Assembly: GCF_041925275.1 (NCBI RefSeq)
Contig: NZ_JBHEUZ010000014.1
Coordinates: 1 to 64,000, forward strand
DNA length: 64,000 nt
Direction of reading: 5' to 3'
DNA from: Parapedobacter sp. 2B3
GTDB taxonomy: Bacteria; Bacteroidota; Bacteroidia; Sphingobacteriales; Sphingobacteriaceae
Positions 1 to 8,965 of this stretch are shown here, in pieces; position 1 is the stretch's first letter, and every line of letters begins with the position of its first letter. The translations under genes and the position numbers were made by a program. Below the pieces are notes generated by a model. That model made no database searches, was not told the DNA's origin, and saw nothing but the letters and a program-made list of their open reading frames with translations.

Positions 1-195
1 CGAATCAAAGTTAAGTAAGCCTAAAAAGAGGCAACGCGCTGCCCTGGATGACGATTTCCGAAGCAGCCTGCTCGCCGCGTATTTTTAAAAGCGATTTCCC
101 TGGAATAACCTCCCGCACGTGTTTTCCTTCTGCCAATAATTCGTATATTGCGCTTTCCAACGATGGTTGGAACTGACCATAAAAAGGGGAAGCTG

Positions 196-1206
196 ATGAA
201 GGAAGGTAAACCGGCAACGATCAAGGAAATTGCGAAGCGGTTGAAAATTTCACCGTCTACGGTATCACGCGCTCTGAATGACCATCCGAGTATCGGGTTG
301 GTAACGACCATGCGGGTGAAAAAGGTGGCCGAGGAGTTGAATTATGAGCCTAATCAAACCGCCATTTTTTTCAAGCAACGTAAAACATTTACCATAGGCG
401 TGGTATTGCCCAGTCTGTCGGAGCCTTTTTTTTCGGCAGCCATCAGTGAAATTGAAAACGTAGCCAGCGGAAAAAATTATACGGTCATCATGGGACAGTC
501 GCTCGACGATGCGGACCGCGAACTTCGTATCCTCCAGACACTGAAAGCGCACCGGGTGGACGGGGTTCTCATGTCAATCGGAAAGAATACCCGTGCGTAT
601 CCTTTCATAGAGCTATTGGAAAGTGCCGGTATTCCCATCGTCTTTTTCGATTGCGTGCCCGATCTGGAAAATATCAATAAGGTGGTAAGCGATCTGGAAA
701 CGGGCATGCTGGAAGCCATTGATGTGTTCGTCTCCTGCGGGCACCATGCCATATCGCTCATCAACGGCCCACCGCTGCTCCCTGCAAGCATCGAACGTAA
801 ACGGGCATATCTTAAAGGGCTCAGCATAGGTGGTATCCCGTTCAAGGAGGAATACATGGTTCATACCGACCTTACCGCCGAAGGCAACGAGACAGCGATA
901 TCCCAATTGCTGGCCTTGCCGAAACGCCCGTCGGCCGTTGTTTCGTTCAATGACTATGTAGCATTGGACGTGATGAAGGTGGTCCGCCAACGGGGGGTCA
1001 CCCTTAACCAAGACATCCATTTCATTAGCTACGCGAACTACCCGCTCTGGAAGTACATGGAAAATCCGCCCATGGCATCCATCGAGCAGTTTCCCGGCGA
1101 GCAAGGGAAAAAGGCGGCGGAATTACTTTTCGAACAGATAGATGCCGTAGAACGGCCGGAACCGGTAAAGGTGACGTTCAAATCGCGGTTGGTTAATCAG
1201 GTTTAA
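196..1206 (+). CDS. LacI-family transcriptional regulator (HTH + periplasmic-binding-fold sugar-binding domain)
   Basis: N-terminal HTH 'TIKEIAKRLKISPSTVSRALNDHPSIGLVTTMRVKKVAEELNYEPN' typical of LacI/GalR; ATG at 196 precedes the HTH; ORF track frame 148..1206. Confidence 0.8.
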   Translation: MKEGKPATIKEIAKRLKISPSTVSRALNDHPSIGLVTTMRVKKVAEELNYEPNQTAIFFKQRKTFTIGVVLPSLSEPFFSAAISEIENVASGKNYTVIMGQSLDDADRELRILQTLKAHRVDGVLMSIGKNTRAYPFIELLESAGIPIVFFDCVPDLENINKVVSDLETGMLEAIDVFVSCGHHAISLINGPPLLPASIERKRAYLKGLSIGGIPFKEEYMVHTDLTAEGNETAISQLLALPKRPSAVVSFNDYVALDVMKVVRQRGVTLNQDIHFISYANYPLWKYMENPPMASIEQFPGEQGKKAAELLFEQIDAVERPEPVKVTFKSRLVNQV

Positions 1207-1312
1207 GTCTTTGTCGTAAGTCTTTGTCGTAAGTCTTTAGTCGTAAGTCTTTAGTCGTAAGTGCTGTTCTGGTTGACTTATGACTAACGACTAAAAAAGA
1301 CTTACGACAAAA
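1206..1312. repeat. Tandem 13-14 bp repeats (gtctttgtcgtaa x2, gtctttagtcgtaa x2) plus a downstream inverted copy (aaaagacttacgacaaa) able to form a long hairpin between convergent genes
   Basis: Read directly in sequence at 1206-1261 and 1279-1312; lies between the LacI stop and the lpd stop. Confidence 0.6.
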
Positions 1313-1315
1313 CAA

Positions 1316-2704
1316 CTATAAATGGATCACTTCGCCGTATGCATCCGCGGCGGCTTCCATAATGGCCTCGCTCATGGTCGGGTGCGGATGCACGGCTTTG
1401 ATAATTTCGTGCCCCGTGGATTCCAACTTGCGGGCTACCACCACTTCGGCGATCATTTCCGTCACATTGGTTCCGATCATATGGGCTCCGAGGAACTCAC
1501 CGTATTTGGCGTCGAAAATCACCTTTACGAAACCGTCTTTCGCCCCGGCAGCACTTGCCTTGCCCGATGCGGAGAAGGGGAATTTGCCTACTTTGACTTC
1601 GTATCCGGCCTCCTTGGCAGCTTTTTCAGTAAAGCCCACCGATGCAATCTCGGGTGTGCAGTACGTGCAACCGGGAATGTTGTTGTAATCGATCGGCGAT
1701 ATATCCAGCCCTTTTATTTTCTCCACGCAGGTAATGCCTTCGGCCGAAGCGACATGTGCCAGCGCTTGGCCCTTTACGATATCGCCGATGGCGTAAACGC
1801 CGTTTACGTTGGTTTTGTAGAAGTCGTCTACCACCACGCGGCCTTTATCCGTTTTGACACCGGCCTCCTCCAAGCCCAGGTTTTCGATATTGGGGGTGAT
1901 GCCAACGGCCGACAACACGGTTTCAGCTTCGATGGTTTCGGTTCCTTTGGCTGTTTTTATCTGTACCTTGCATCGTTTGCCCGAGGTATCCACCGACTGC
2001 ACTTCGGCACTCGTGAGGATGTTGATACCCGCTTTCTTCAGACTGCGCTCCAGTTGCTTGGAGATTTCTTCATCTTCTACGGGTACAATGCGGTCGAGGT
2101 ACTCCACCACGGTTACCTTCGTGCCAATGGCATTGTAGAAATAAGCAAATTCAACGCCGATGGCACCGGATCCGACAACAACGAGCGATTCGGGTTGCTT
2201 TTCCAAACTCATCGCTTGGCGGTACCCGATGATGCGCTTGCCATCCTGCTTTAGGTTGGGAAGCTCGCGCGACCGCGCGCCCGTAGCCAATATCGTATGC
2301 GTTGCGGTGTATGTTTTGGTGTCCCCGTCTGAACCTTTGACTTCCACTTGGCCGCCTTTTTTTATTTTGGCCGTACCCATAACCACATCGATCTTGTTTT
2401 TCTTCATCAGGAACTGGATTCCCTTGCTCATGCCGTCGGCTACGCCGCGGCTGCGCTTCACGATCGCATCGAAATCGGCTTCGCCACCATTTACCTTGAT
2501 GCCGTAATCAGCGGCATGGTTGAGGTATTCAAATACCTGTGCGCTTTTGAGCAACGCTTTGGTGGGAATACAGCCCCAATTGAGACAGATGCCCCCCAAT
2601 GATTCCCGTTCTACAATGGCGGTTTTAAATCCAAGTTGGGAAGCCCTGATGGCGGCCACATAACCACCCGGTCCACTCCCGATTACAATGATGTCGTAGT
2701 TCAT
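1316..2704 (-). CDS. lpdA: Dihydrolipoyl dehydrogenase (E3 component), paralog 1
   Basis: 462 aa; 'MNYDIIVIGSGPGGYVAAIRASQLGFKTAIVERESLGGICLNWGCIPTKALL' FAD/redox-disulfide motif; C-terminal 'HAHPT.SE' dimerisation motif. Confidence 0.9.
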   Translation of the reverse strand: MNYDIIVIGSGPGGYVAAIRASQLGFKTAIVERESLGGICLNWGCIPTKALLKSAQVFEYLNHAADYGIKVNGGEADFDAIVKRSRGVADGMSKGIQFLMKKNKIDVVMGTAKIKKGGQVEVKGSDGDTKTYTATHTILATGARSRELPNLKQDGKRIIGYRQAMSLEKQPESLVVVGSGAIGVEFAYFYNAIGTKVTVVEYLDRIVPVEDEEISKQLERSLKKAGINILTSAEVQSVDTSGKRCKVQIKTAKGTETIEAETVLSAVGITPNIENLGLEEAGVKTDKGRVVVDDFYKTNVNGVYAIGDIVKGQALAHVASAEGITCVEKIKGLDISPIDYNNIPGCTYCTPEIASVGFTEKAAKEAGYEVKVGKFPFSASGKASAAGAKDGFVKVIFDAKYGEFLGAHMIGTNVTEMIAEVVVARKLESTGHEIIKAVHPHPTMSEAIMEAAADAYGEVIHL

Positions 2705-2933
2705 ATATCTTAGTTGCTTTCTTGAGATTGATTCACGTTTCTGTTGCTATCCCGAACATGTAAGGTGGCTACAAACTTACATAAATTTTTTTAAGAAAAT
2801 CCTAAAGTCGCGGCCGTAAGCGATTGACCCGGGACCGAGGACTAACCCCTCCGTCACATTTCGGTCAAAGGGTGGTGGCGACGCTAACCTGCCGGGATAA
2901 TTGGCTATCTTGCGGCCACAAAAACGATCAAAG

Positions 2934-3236
2934 ATGGTTACAACGAAACAAACCCTCAAATGGTTCTGTAACATTGCCCTTATCGAAGGGATATCCATGG
3001 TGGTGTTGGTTGCCTTTTCGGTGTTGAAACGCACCACCGACTACGAATGGGCCCTGTTGGGCGTGAAATACGTGGGCTGGGCGCACGGTATCCTGTTCAT
3101 CGCGTATGTGTACTTGCTATGGGCGTGTACAGACCGTTATAAGTGGAAAATCGGGCGCGTAGCTGCCTTCTTTCTGGCTTCGCTGATTCCTTTTGCTCCC
3201 TTTTTCGTTGAGCGGAAATTACGTCGGGAAGATTGA
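2934..3236 (+). CDS. Small integral membrane protein, DUF3817-like
   Basis: ATG at 2934 (MVTTKQTLKWF...); three hydrophobic helices; family assignment from memory of DUF3817 N-terminal pattern. Confidence 0.45.
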   Translation: MVTTKQTLKWFCNIALIEGISMVVLVAFSVLKRTTDYEWALLGVKYVGWAHGILFIAYVYLLWACTDRYKWKIGRVAAFFLASLIPFAPFFVERKLRRED

Positions 3237-3239
3237 TCT

Positions 3240-3629
3240 TTACGGTTTGTTCCCGGCGTAAGCGTAGGTGATTTCTGTCTTGCCGTGCGGCGTAGGGTTC
3301 CCTTCTTTGTCGAGATTGACGAAAACCAGTTTATCTATTGTCAATATGCTCTTGCGCGTGATTTTATTGCGCACTTGGCAGGTCAGCGTAATAGAGGTGT
3401 AGCCAAAGTGCGTCGCGGTGATGCCGAGTTCGATAATGTCGCCTTGGCGGGCCGAACTCACGAAGTTAATTTCGGAAATGAATTTGGTGACCACGTATGG
3501 ATTGCCCAACTGGACGATGGCGTAAATGACCGCCTCTTCGTCTATCCATCGGAGCAACGTCCCTCCGAAGAGGGTTCCGTTCGGGTTCAGGTCTTCGGGC
3601 TTGACCCATTTTCGGGTATGGAAATTCAT
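3240..3629 (-). CDS. Acyl-CoA thioesterase (hotdog fold)
   Basis: 129 aa; 'WVKPEDLNPNGTLFGGTLLRWIDE' hotdog thioesterase signature. Confidence 0.7.
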   Translation of the reverse strand: MNFHTRKWVKPEDLNPNGTLFGGTLLRWIDEEAVIYAIVQLGNPYVVTKFISEINFVSSARQGDIIELGITATHFGYTSITLTCQVRNKITRKSILTIDKLVFVNLDKEGNPTPHGKTEITYAYAGNKP

Positions 3630-3722
3630 TCGAAAATAGTTTGTTCTTTATAGGCCTCATGGGAACCTGCATGTTCATCGCCTTTTGTGCCAGACGCTGA
3701 CAGGGCAGGTTTCATGTGTATT

Positions 3723-5129
3723 TTACATATGGATGGCACGGTTATCTGTCGCAGCGAGCGATGCCTCGCGGAAAGCCTCCGTATAGGTGGGATGGGCATG
3801 GCAGATGCGGGCAATATCTTCGGCAGAGGCCCGGTATTCCATCGCCAGGGTGGCTTCGGCAATCATATCTGCGGCGCGGGGGCCGATCATATGTACGCCC
3901 AGCACTTCATCGGTGCTGGCGTCGGCTAGCACCTTTACGAAGCCATCCGTATCGCCGCTGGCTTTGGCACGGCCGCTGGCTTTGAAAGGGAATGACCCTG
4001 TTTTATAGGCGCGGCCGTCGGCTTTCAGTTGCTCTTCGGTTTTGCCTACGCTGGCTACTTCAGGCCAGGTGTATACAACGCCCGGAATGAGGTTGTAGTC
4101 GATGTGGGGCTGTTGGCCCGCAAGGCGCTCGGCTACGTATACCCCTTCGTCTTCGGCCTTATGGGCCAGCATGGCTCCCTTCACCACATCACCGATTGCA
4201 TATACTCCGGGTACGGATGTTTCAAGGTGTTCGTTTACGGGTATCTTCTTACCCCGTTCTTCCAGCGTGATGCCGATGTTTTCCAACCCCAACCCTTCGG
4301 TATAGGCTGTGCGGCCTACGGCAACGATGCAGTAGTCGCCTTCCCATGTAACGGCTTCGCCCTTTGCATTTTCCGCATTGACGGTTACCTTCTTCCCTTT
4401 GGCGGTGGCTCCGGTTACCTTGTGGCCCAAGTAGAACTCCATGCCAAGCGATTTCTTCAATATGCGCTGCAATTCCTTACCTAGTCCGCCATCCATGGTC
4501 GGGATGATGTTTTTCTCGTACTCCACCACAGACACCTTAGCGCCCAAACGTGCGTACACGGAACCCAGTTCGAGCCCGATGACCCCGCCCCCGATGATAA
4601 TCAGGTGTTTTGGTACCTCGGTCAGTGTCAGTGCCTCCGTAGAAGTGATGATCCGTTTTTTATCGATAGGGAGGAAAGGAAGGGCGGTGGGTTTGGACCC
4701 CGAAGCGATGACGATGTTCTTGCCAGTGATCTGCTCGGCCTTTCCTTCGGCCCCGGCTATTTTCACCGTATTTTTATCGACAAACGAGCCGATGCCCACG
4801 AAGCTGTCAATTTTATTCTTCTTGAACAGGAACGCGATCCCGGCAACGTTTTGCGTGATGACTTCATCTTTCCTGGCGATCATCTGCTTCATGTCTACCG
4901 CAAGGTTGCTAAGGTTGATACCATGCGCACCGAACTGGTGGGCAGCGTTATGGTAATGTTCGGAGGAGTCTAGCAACGCCTTTGAAGGGATGCATCCCAC
5001 GTTCAGGCAGGTGCCTCCAAACGTACTGTATTTCTCGATGATAGCCGTTTTCAAACCCAATTGTGCGCAACGGATGGCGGCTACGTATCCGCCGGGCCCG
5101 CTACCGATTATAATGACGTCGTACTGCAT
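3723..5129 (-). CDS. lpdA: Dihydrolipoyl dehydrogenase, paralog 2
   Basis: 468 aa; 'MQYDVIIIGSGPGGYVAAIRCAQLGLKTAIIEKYSTFGGTCLNVGCIPSKALL'; about 50% identical to paralog 1 by eye. Confidence 0.9.
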   Translation of the reverse strand: MQYDVIIIGSGPGGYVAAIRCAQLGLKTAIIEKYSTFGGTCLNVGCIPSKALLDSSEHYHNAAHQFGAHGINLSNLAVDMKQMIARKDEVITQNVAGIAFLFKKNKIDSFVGIGSFVDKNTVKIAGAEGKAEQITGKNIVIASGSKPTALPFLPIDKKRIITSTEALTLTEVPKHLIIIGGGVIGLELGSVYARLGAKVSVVEYEKNIIPTMDGGLGKELQRILKKSLGMEFYLGHKVTGATAKGKKVTVNAENAKGEAVTWEGDYCIVAVGRTAYTEGLGLENIGITLEERGKKIPVNEHLETSVPGVYAIGDVVKGAMLAHKAEDEGVYVAERLAGQQPHIDYNLIPGVVYTWPEVASVGKTEEQLKADGRAYKTGSFPFKASGRAKASGDTDGFVKVLADASTDEVLGVHMIGPRAADMIAEATLAMEYRASAEDIARICHAHPTYTEAFREASLAATDNRAIHM

Positions 5130-5194
5130 GTGATGAAGTTATTCAATTCGATGGCCAAAGGTACGTAATAATTGTTCGTGGATGGAAAAAGGTA

Positions 5195-5232
5195 CAAAAA
5201 AAGACAGCCGGTTGACTGTCTTCTTTTTTATT
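5195..5232 (-). terminator. Intrinsic terminator downstream of the cupredoxin gene (stem agacag/ctgtct flanked by A- and T-runs, potentially bidirectional)
   Basis: aaaaaaagacagccggttgactgtcttctttttt read in sequence. Confidence 0.5.
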
Positions 5233-5248
5233 GCGTATGTCGTGCCTG

Positions 5249-5782
5249 TTACTCAGCGACAATCTTTCCCTGCATCACACCGTAGTGGCCAGGGAAACTG
5301 CAGACAAATGGATAGACGCCTTTGCTATCCAGGGTAAACTCAATCACATCCGTTTCGCCCGGTCCCAACAATTTAGTGTGGGCAATGATAGACGATGCAA
5401 ACGTTGCCGGGATGTATTCGGTATCAACCGCTTTGATGGCCTCACCACCGAAAGCCGGTAAATCCGTTCCCGGTTGCAATACAACAACGTTGTGCCCCAT
5501 GGACTCCTTGGGCATTTCGCCCACATTCTTGAATGTCAATTTCACGGTCTCACCCGCTTTAACCCGGAAGAGCGTTTTGTCATACTGCATCAAATCAGTA
5601 CCTTCCAGTGCAATCTCGTTGCTTACAGCCACATCCGCCAAACCGGGGATGTCTACAGCTGGTGCTTCCTGCTCGGTAGCCGTCTCCGTAGCTTCAGTCG
5701 ATCCTTCACTTGTTTGGTTGCCTCCGCAAGCAGCGGCAAGAACTGCACCCGCAACCACGGGGATTAAAAAAAACTGTTTCAT
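5249..5782 (-). CDS. Cupredoxin (plastocyanin/azurin-family blue copper protein), lipoprotein
   Basis: Signal + 'AAACGG' lipobox; C-terminal 'YPFVCSFPGHYGVMQGKIV' = Cys-x2-His-x4-Met type-1 copper ligands. Confidence 0.7.
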   Translation of the reverse strand: MKQFFLIPVVAGAVLAAACGGNQTSEGSTEATETATEQEAPAVDIPGLADVAVSNEIALEGTDLMQYDKTLFRVKAGETVKLTFKNVGEMPKESMGHNVVVLQPGTDLPAFGGEAIKAVDTEYIPATFASSIIAHTKLLGPGETDVIEFTLDSKGVYPFVCSFPGHYGVMQGKIVAE

Positions 5783-5919
5783 TTTGTGTTTTAAATCTAA
5801 TGTTCAGATAGTATTTTATCTATGCTAACAGCACAGCGAGCTGTTTTGTTTGCGCCTCAAAGGTAGTTGAATTTGGAAAGGAACAAAAGTGTATTTATCA
5901 CTAAATTGTAATTTTAGCA

Positions 5920-7533
5920 TTACGCATCCGTTTTGTCTTTAGCTTCGGTGAGCGTTTTGATCAACTGGTAAAGTGAAACGGGATCGAAAGGTTTTCCGAC
6001 CACGGCGTCGGCCCCCGCTGCATAGGCAGCTTGCTGTTCGCGTTGCAGCACCGACGCGGAAATGGAGATGATAGGGATCTGCCGGATGTGCGCACGGCTA
6101 TCGCTCCGAATGGTACGGATAGCTTCGAAGCCGCTCATAACGGGCATGTGCGCATCCATGAGTATCAAGCTATAGGATGTGTCTTCCACTTTGTCCAATG
6201 CCTCTTTCCCGTTCTTCACGGCATCTACCGCAATCCCCCATGTCTTCAGCATGTGGGTTACCATGAAGCTATTCAGTTCATTGTCTTCGGCAAGGAGTAC
6301 ATTGACATTGTTGAGCACCGGTAGGTCTGTGTATTGCTTCTTGTCCGATTTTGGTGCCGAATCGGAATCGGCCTCATCAAACCAACACTGGAATACAAAT
6401 TCACTGCCCTTGCCCAACTCGCTGTACGCGTGGATTTGCCCTTGGTGGAGGATGACCAACCGTTTCACAATGGCCAGTCCGAGCCCCGTGCCACCGAAGC
6501 GTTTGGTGATGCCTTCTTCGCCTTGCTCGAACGATTGGAAGATTTTGTCGATGGCATTGCTGTTTATACCGATACCGGTATCTTTCACCGAAAACTGGAT
6601 ATGGATGCGCTGTTGGGTACGGTTGAGCAATTTGGTTTCCAACACCACGCTGCCCTGCTCCGTAAATTTGATGCCGTTTGAAATGAGGTTGCTCAATATC
6701 TGCGTAAGCCGCAGCGAATCGGCCAGGATGTGCTTGGGTAGCTTGCTGTCATTGATTGCTTGGAAGGTGATGCCTTTCTGTTCGGCTTTGTAGCTAAATA
6801 GGTTGGTAAGCTCTTCAATGATGTTGGGTAACGATGTCCGTGAATAGTCCAGCCTCATTTTTCCCGAATCGATCTTTGAAAGATCGAGGATGTCGTTGAT
6901 GATGAGCAACAGCTGCTGCGATGCGTTTTCCAGGTAATCCAGCCATTCCGACTGCTGGTCATTGAGGGGCGAGTTGCGCAGCATGGTGGTAATCCCCGTT
7001 ATCCCATTGATGGGGGTACGGATTTCGTGGCTCATGTTGGCGAGGAAGTTCTCTTTTGACTTGCGTGCCTGGTCTGCCTCTTTTTTGGCTTTGACCAGCT
7101 CGATGTGCGAGCGCTCGAGCTCTTCGTTTTTACGTTTCAGCTCTCGCTGGATATATACCTGCTGCATGAACGATTTTACCTTGGCTACCGTGATATCCGA
7201 GTTGAGCGGTTTATAAAGGTAGTCTACGGCACCACTGTGGAGCCCCTTGAGCAGGAATTTGTCTTCTTTAGATATGGCCGTAACCATGATCACCATGATT
7301 TGCCATGTTTTCGGATTGCTTTGAAGCAATGAAACAAACTCGAAACCATTGATTTCGGGCATCTGCACATCTACCATGGCGATAGCGATGTCGTTGTTCC
7401 AGCAATAACGGAGGGCCTCGTTGGGGGAGGTACTCCCCCATATATCCAGGTTCTCTATATCCGCCAGCAATGCCTTCAGGCTGAGTACATTCTCTTCTTT
7501 GTCGTCTACGATGACTAACTTCAGTTTCTCCAT
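5920..7533 (-). CDS. Soluble hybrid histidine kinase, REC-HisKA-HATPase-REC
   Basis: N-terminal 'LVIVDDKEENV...MVDVQMPEINGFEF' receiver; H-box 'ANMSHEIRTPING'; G-box 'DTGIGI...GGTGLGLAIVKRLV'; C-terminal receiver 'VLLAEDNELNSF...LMDAHMPVMSGFEA'. Confidence 0.85.
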   Translation of the reverse strand: MEKLKLVIVDDKEENVLSLKALLADIENLDIWGSTSPNEALRYCWNNDIAIAMVDVQMPEINGFEFVSLLQSNPKTWQIMVIMVTAISKEDKFLLKGLHSGAVDYLYKPLNSDITVAKVKSFMQQVYIQRELKRKNEELERSHIELVKAKKEADQARKSKENFLANMSHEIRTPINGITGITTMLRNSPLNDQQSEWLDYLENASQQLLLIINDILDLSKIDSGKMRLDYSRTSLPNIIEELTNLFSYKAEQKGITFQAINDSKLPKHILADSLRLTQILSNLISNGIKFTEQGSVVLETKLLNRTQQRIHIQFSVKDTGIGINSNAIDKIFQSFEQGEEGITKRFGGTGLGLAIVKRLVILHQGQIHAYSELGKGSEFVFQCWFDEADSDSAPKSDKKQYTDLPVLNNVNVLLAEDNELNSFMVTHMLKTWGIAVDAVKNGKEALDKVEDTSYSLILMDAHMPVMSGFEAIRTIRSDSRAHIRQIPIISISASVLQREQQAAYAAGADAVVGKPFDPVSLYQLIKTLTEAKDKTDA

Positions 7534-7535
7534 GG

Positions 7536-8150
7536 TTAATTCCTAAAAATATGGTTGCTCAGCCCTTGGCTGAGGATGATGAGTTCGCCGTTGGTGAGGG
7601 TCAAGTCCACCGCGCCTTTCCTGATAGCCGCGGCAGGCATGGTTTCCACTTCGGCATCGCGCGGATGCTGCACGATGCATAGTCCATCCACCTTGCGGAC
7701 GGACTCCATGCCCTCGGCACCGTCTTGGTTGGCACCCGACAGCAGGATGGCTACGGTGGATGCGCCGTAGACGTCTGCGGCGCTCTGCATGGTCACATCG
7801 ATCGATGGTCTGCAGAAATGCACCGGCTCGGAGGTGTCCAGTGATAGGCTTCGATCGGGTTCTACCAACAAGTGGTACCCGGCGGGAGCAAAATAGGCCG
7901 TAGCGGGCCGGATGGGCTCTTTGTCTTCCGCTACTTTCACCACTATACGGCATTTGGCAGCAAGGTTCGCTTCGAGATGGGTTTCGTAGTTGGCATTCCG
8001 GTGGATCACCACTAAGACGCCAACGGGGAGGTTTGCTGGCAATGCTTTAAGCATCGTTAAAAGCATTCTGAACCCACCGGCCGAACACCCCAGCACGAGC
8101 ACCCCGGTATGTCGGAGCTTATTGGCGATATATGGGTTTGACTCAAGCAA
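7536..8150 (-). CDS. cheB: CheB-type protein-glutamate methylesterase/glutaminase, catalytic domain only (no receiver)
   Basis: 204 aa; 'VLVLGCSAGG...VIHRN...GANQDG' consistent with the Ser-His-Asp methylesterase fold. Confidence 0.75.
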   Translation of the reverse strand: MLESNPYIANKLRHTGVLVLGCSAGGFRMLLTMLKALPANLPVGVLVVIHRNANYETHLEANLAAKCRIVVKVAEDKEPIRPATAYFAPAGYHLLVEPDRSLSLDTSEPVHFCRPSIDVTMQSAADVYGASTVAILLSGANQDGAEGMESVRKVDGLCIVQHPRDAEVETMPAAAIRKGAVDLTLTNGELIILSQGLSNHIFRN

Positions 8151-8955
8151 TTTTCTGATAGATATTATGTGTTTTGCTGATTACCCTGAATTTGTGCCGC
8201 AGCCCGTTGGCAGGGAGCGTTTCCCTGGCCCCCAAGCATAAGAAACCGAATAGCGCGAGGCTGGCATAGAGGAGATTAACCACCTTATGTTGCAGATCCG
8301 CCGTGAAATAAATGAGCACATTACGGCAGGTAATCAATTGGAATTCATTGAAAACGCCATCGGAAACCAAATTGTGTGTGGAAAATAAGATATTCTTCCG
8401 CAATTCGTGATGGACAATGGCGGAGTCGTACATCGCCGTGTAATACTCGGATAGCGAATCGCCCGAATCTGTTTGCAGGTAATTGTCGGAATAGACTTTC
8501 ATTTTTTTCAGGTCAATGATGCCCTGTTTTGCACGTTCAAGGACCGCTGTATTGACGTCGGTGCCATAGATGAATGTGCGGCTGTATAATCCTTCTTTAC
8601 TAAGAAGTATGGCGAGGGAGTAGACCTCTTCGCCCGTAGCGCAACCGGCACTCCATACCTTGATGTGGGGAAAGGTGGCGAGGTAAGGATGTATTTCTTC
8701 GCGCAGGGTCTTGTAAAATGCCGGATCGCGGAACATTTCCGTCACATTTACCGTTACTTCAACGAGAAACTCGTTGAAAAAGCCGGGCGAATTTACCAGA
8801 CTGTCTTTCAGTCCTGCGAAATCGATTTGATAAATCGTTAGGATACGGGATACGCGGCGTTTGAGGGACGCGCGTGAGTAGCCGCTCAAATCGAAGCCAT
8901 GGACGTTGTTGACCAACGTGATCAGCTCTTCCAGATTTCCGAACGATACCACCAT
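8143..8955 (-). CDS. cheR: CheR-type protein-glutamate O-methyltransferase
   Basis: 270 aa; 'TEMFRDP', 'VWSAGCATGEEVYSLAILL', 'CRNVLIYF' CheR SAM-MTase motifs; overlaps cheB by 8 nt. Confidence 0.85.
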   Translation of the reverse strand: MVVSFGNLEELITLVNNVHGFDLSGYSRASLKRRVSRILTIYQIDFAGLKDSLVNSPGFFNEFLVEVTVNVTEMFRDPAFYKTLREEIHPYLATFPHIKVWSAGCATGEEVYSLAILLSKEGLYSRTFIYGTDVNTAVLERAKQGIIDLKKMKVYSDNYLQTDSGDSLSEYYTAMYDSAIVHHELRKNILFSTHNLVSDGVFNEFQLITCRNVLIYFTADLQHKVVNLLYASLALFGFLCLGARETLPANGLRHKFRVISKTHNIYQKIA

Positions 8956-8965
8956 TCCCTATCGC

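Noticed and set aside
11-311. Two short minus-strand ORFs at the window start
   Set aside because: No similarity recognised. They overlap the LacI promoter/5' region and have odd composition. More likely non-coding upstream DNA or the tail of a gene outside the window.
1322-2254. 310-aa ORF antisense to lpd, plus similar long antisense ORFs at 25235-26236 (inside trpB), 21535-22440 and 21930-22916 (inside flotillin), 10410-11162 (inside the kinase), 19224-19892 (inside the TonB-dependent receptor)
   Set aside because: They lie opposite well-supported conserved genes and have low-complexity, Arg/Ala/Ser-rich translations typical of shadow ORFs in GC-rich coding DNA. No recognisable domains.
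5833-5860. Hairpin aacagc...gctgtt near the kinase 3' end as a terminator
   Set aside because: The T-tract is on the + strand while both flanking genes are on the minus strand. The minus-strand version lacks a U-tail.
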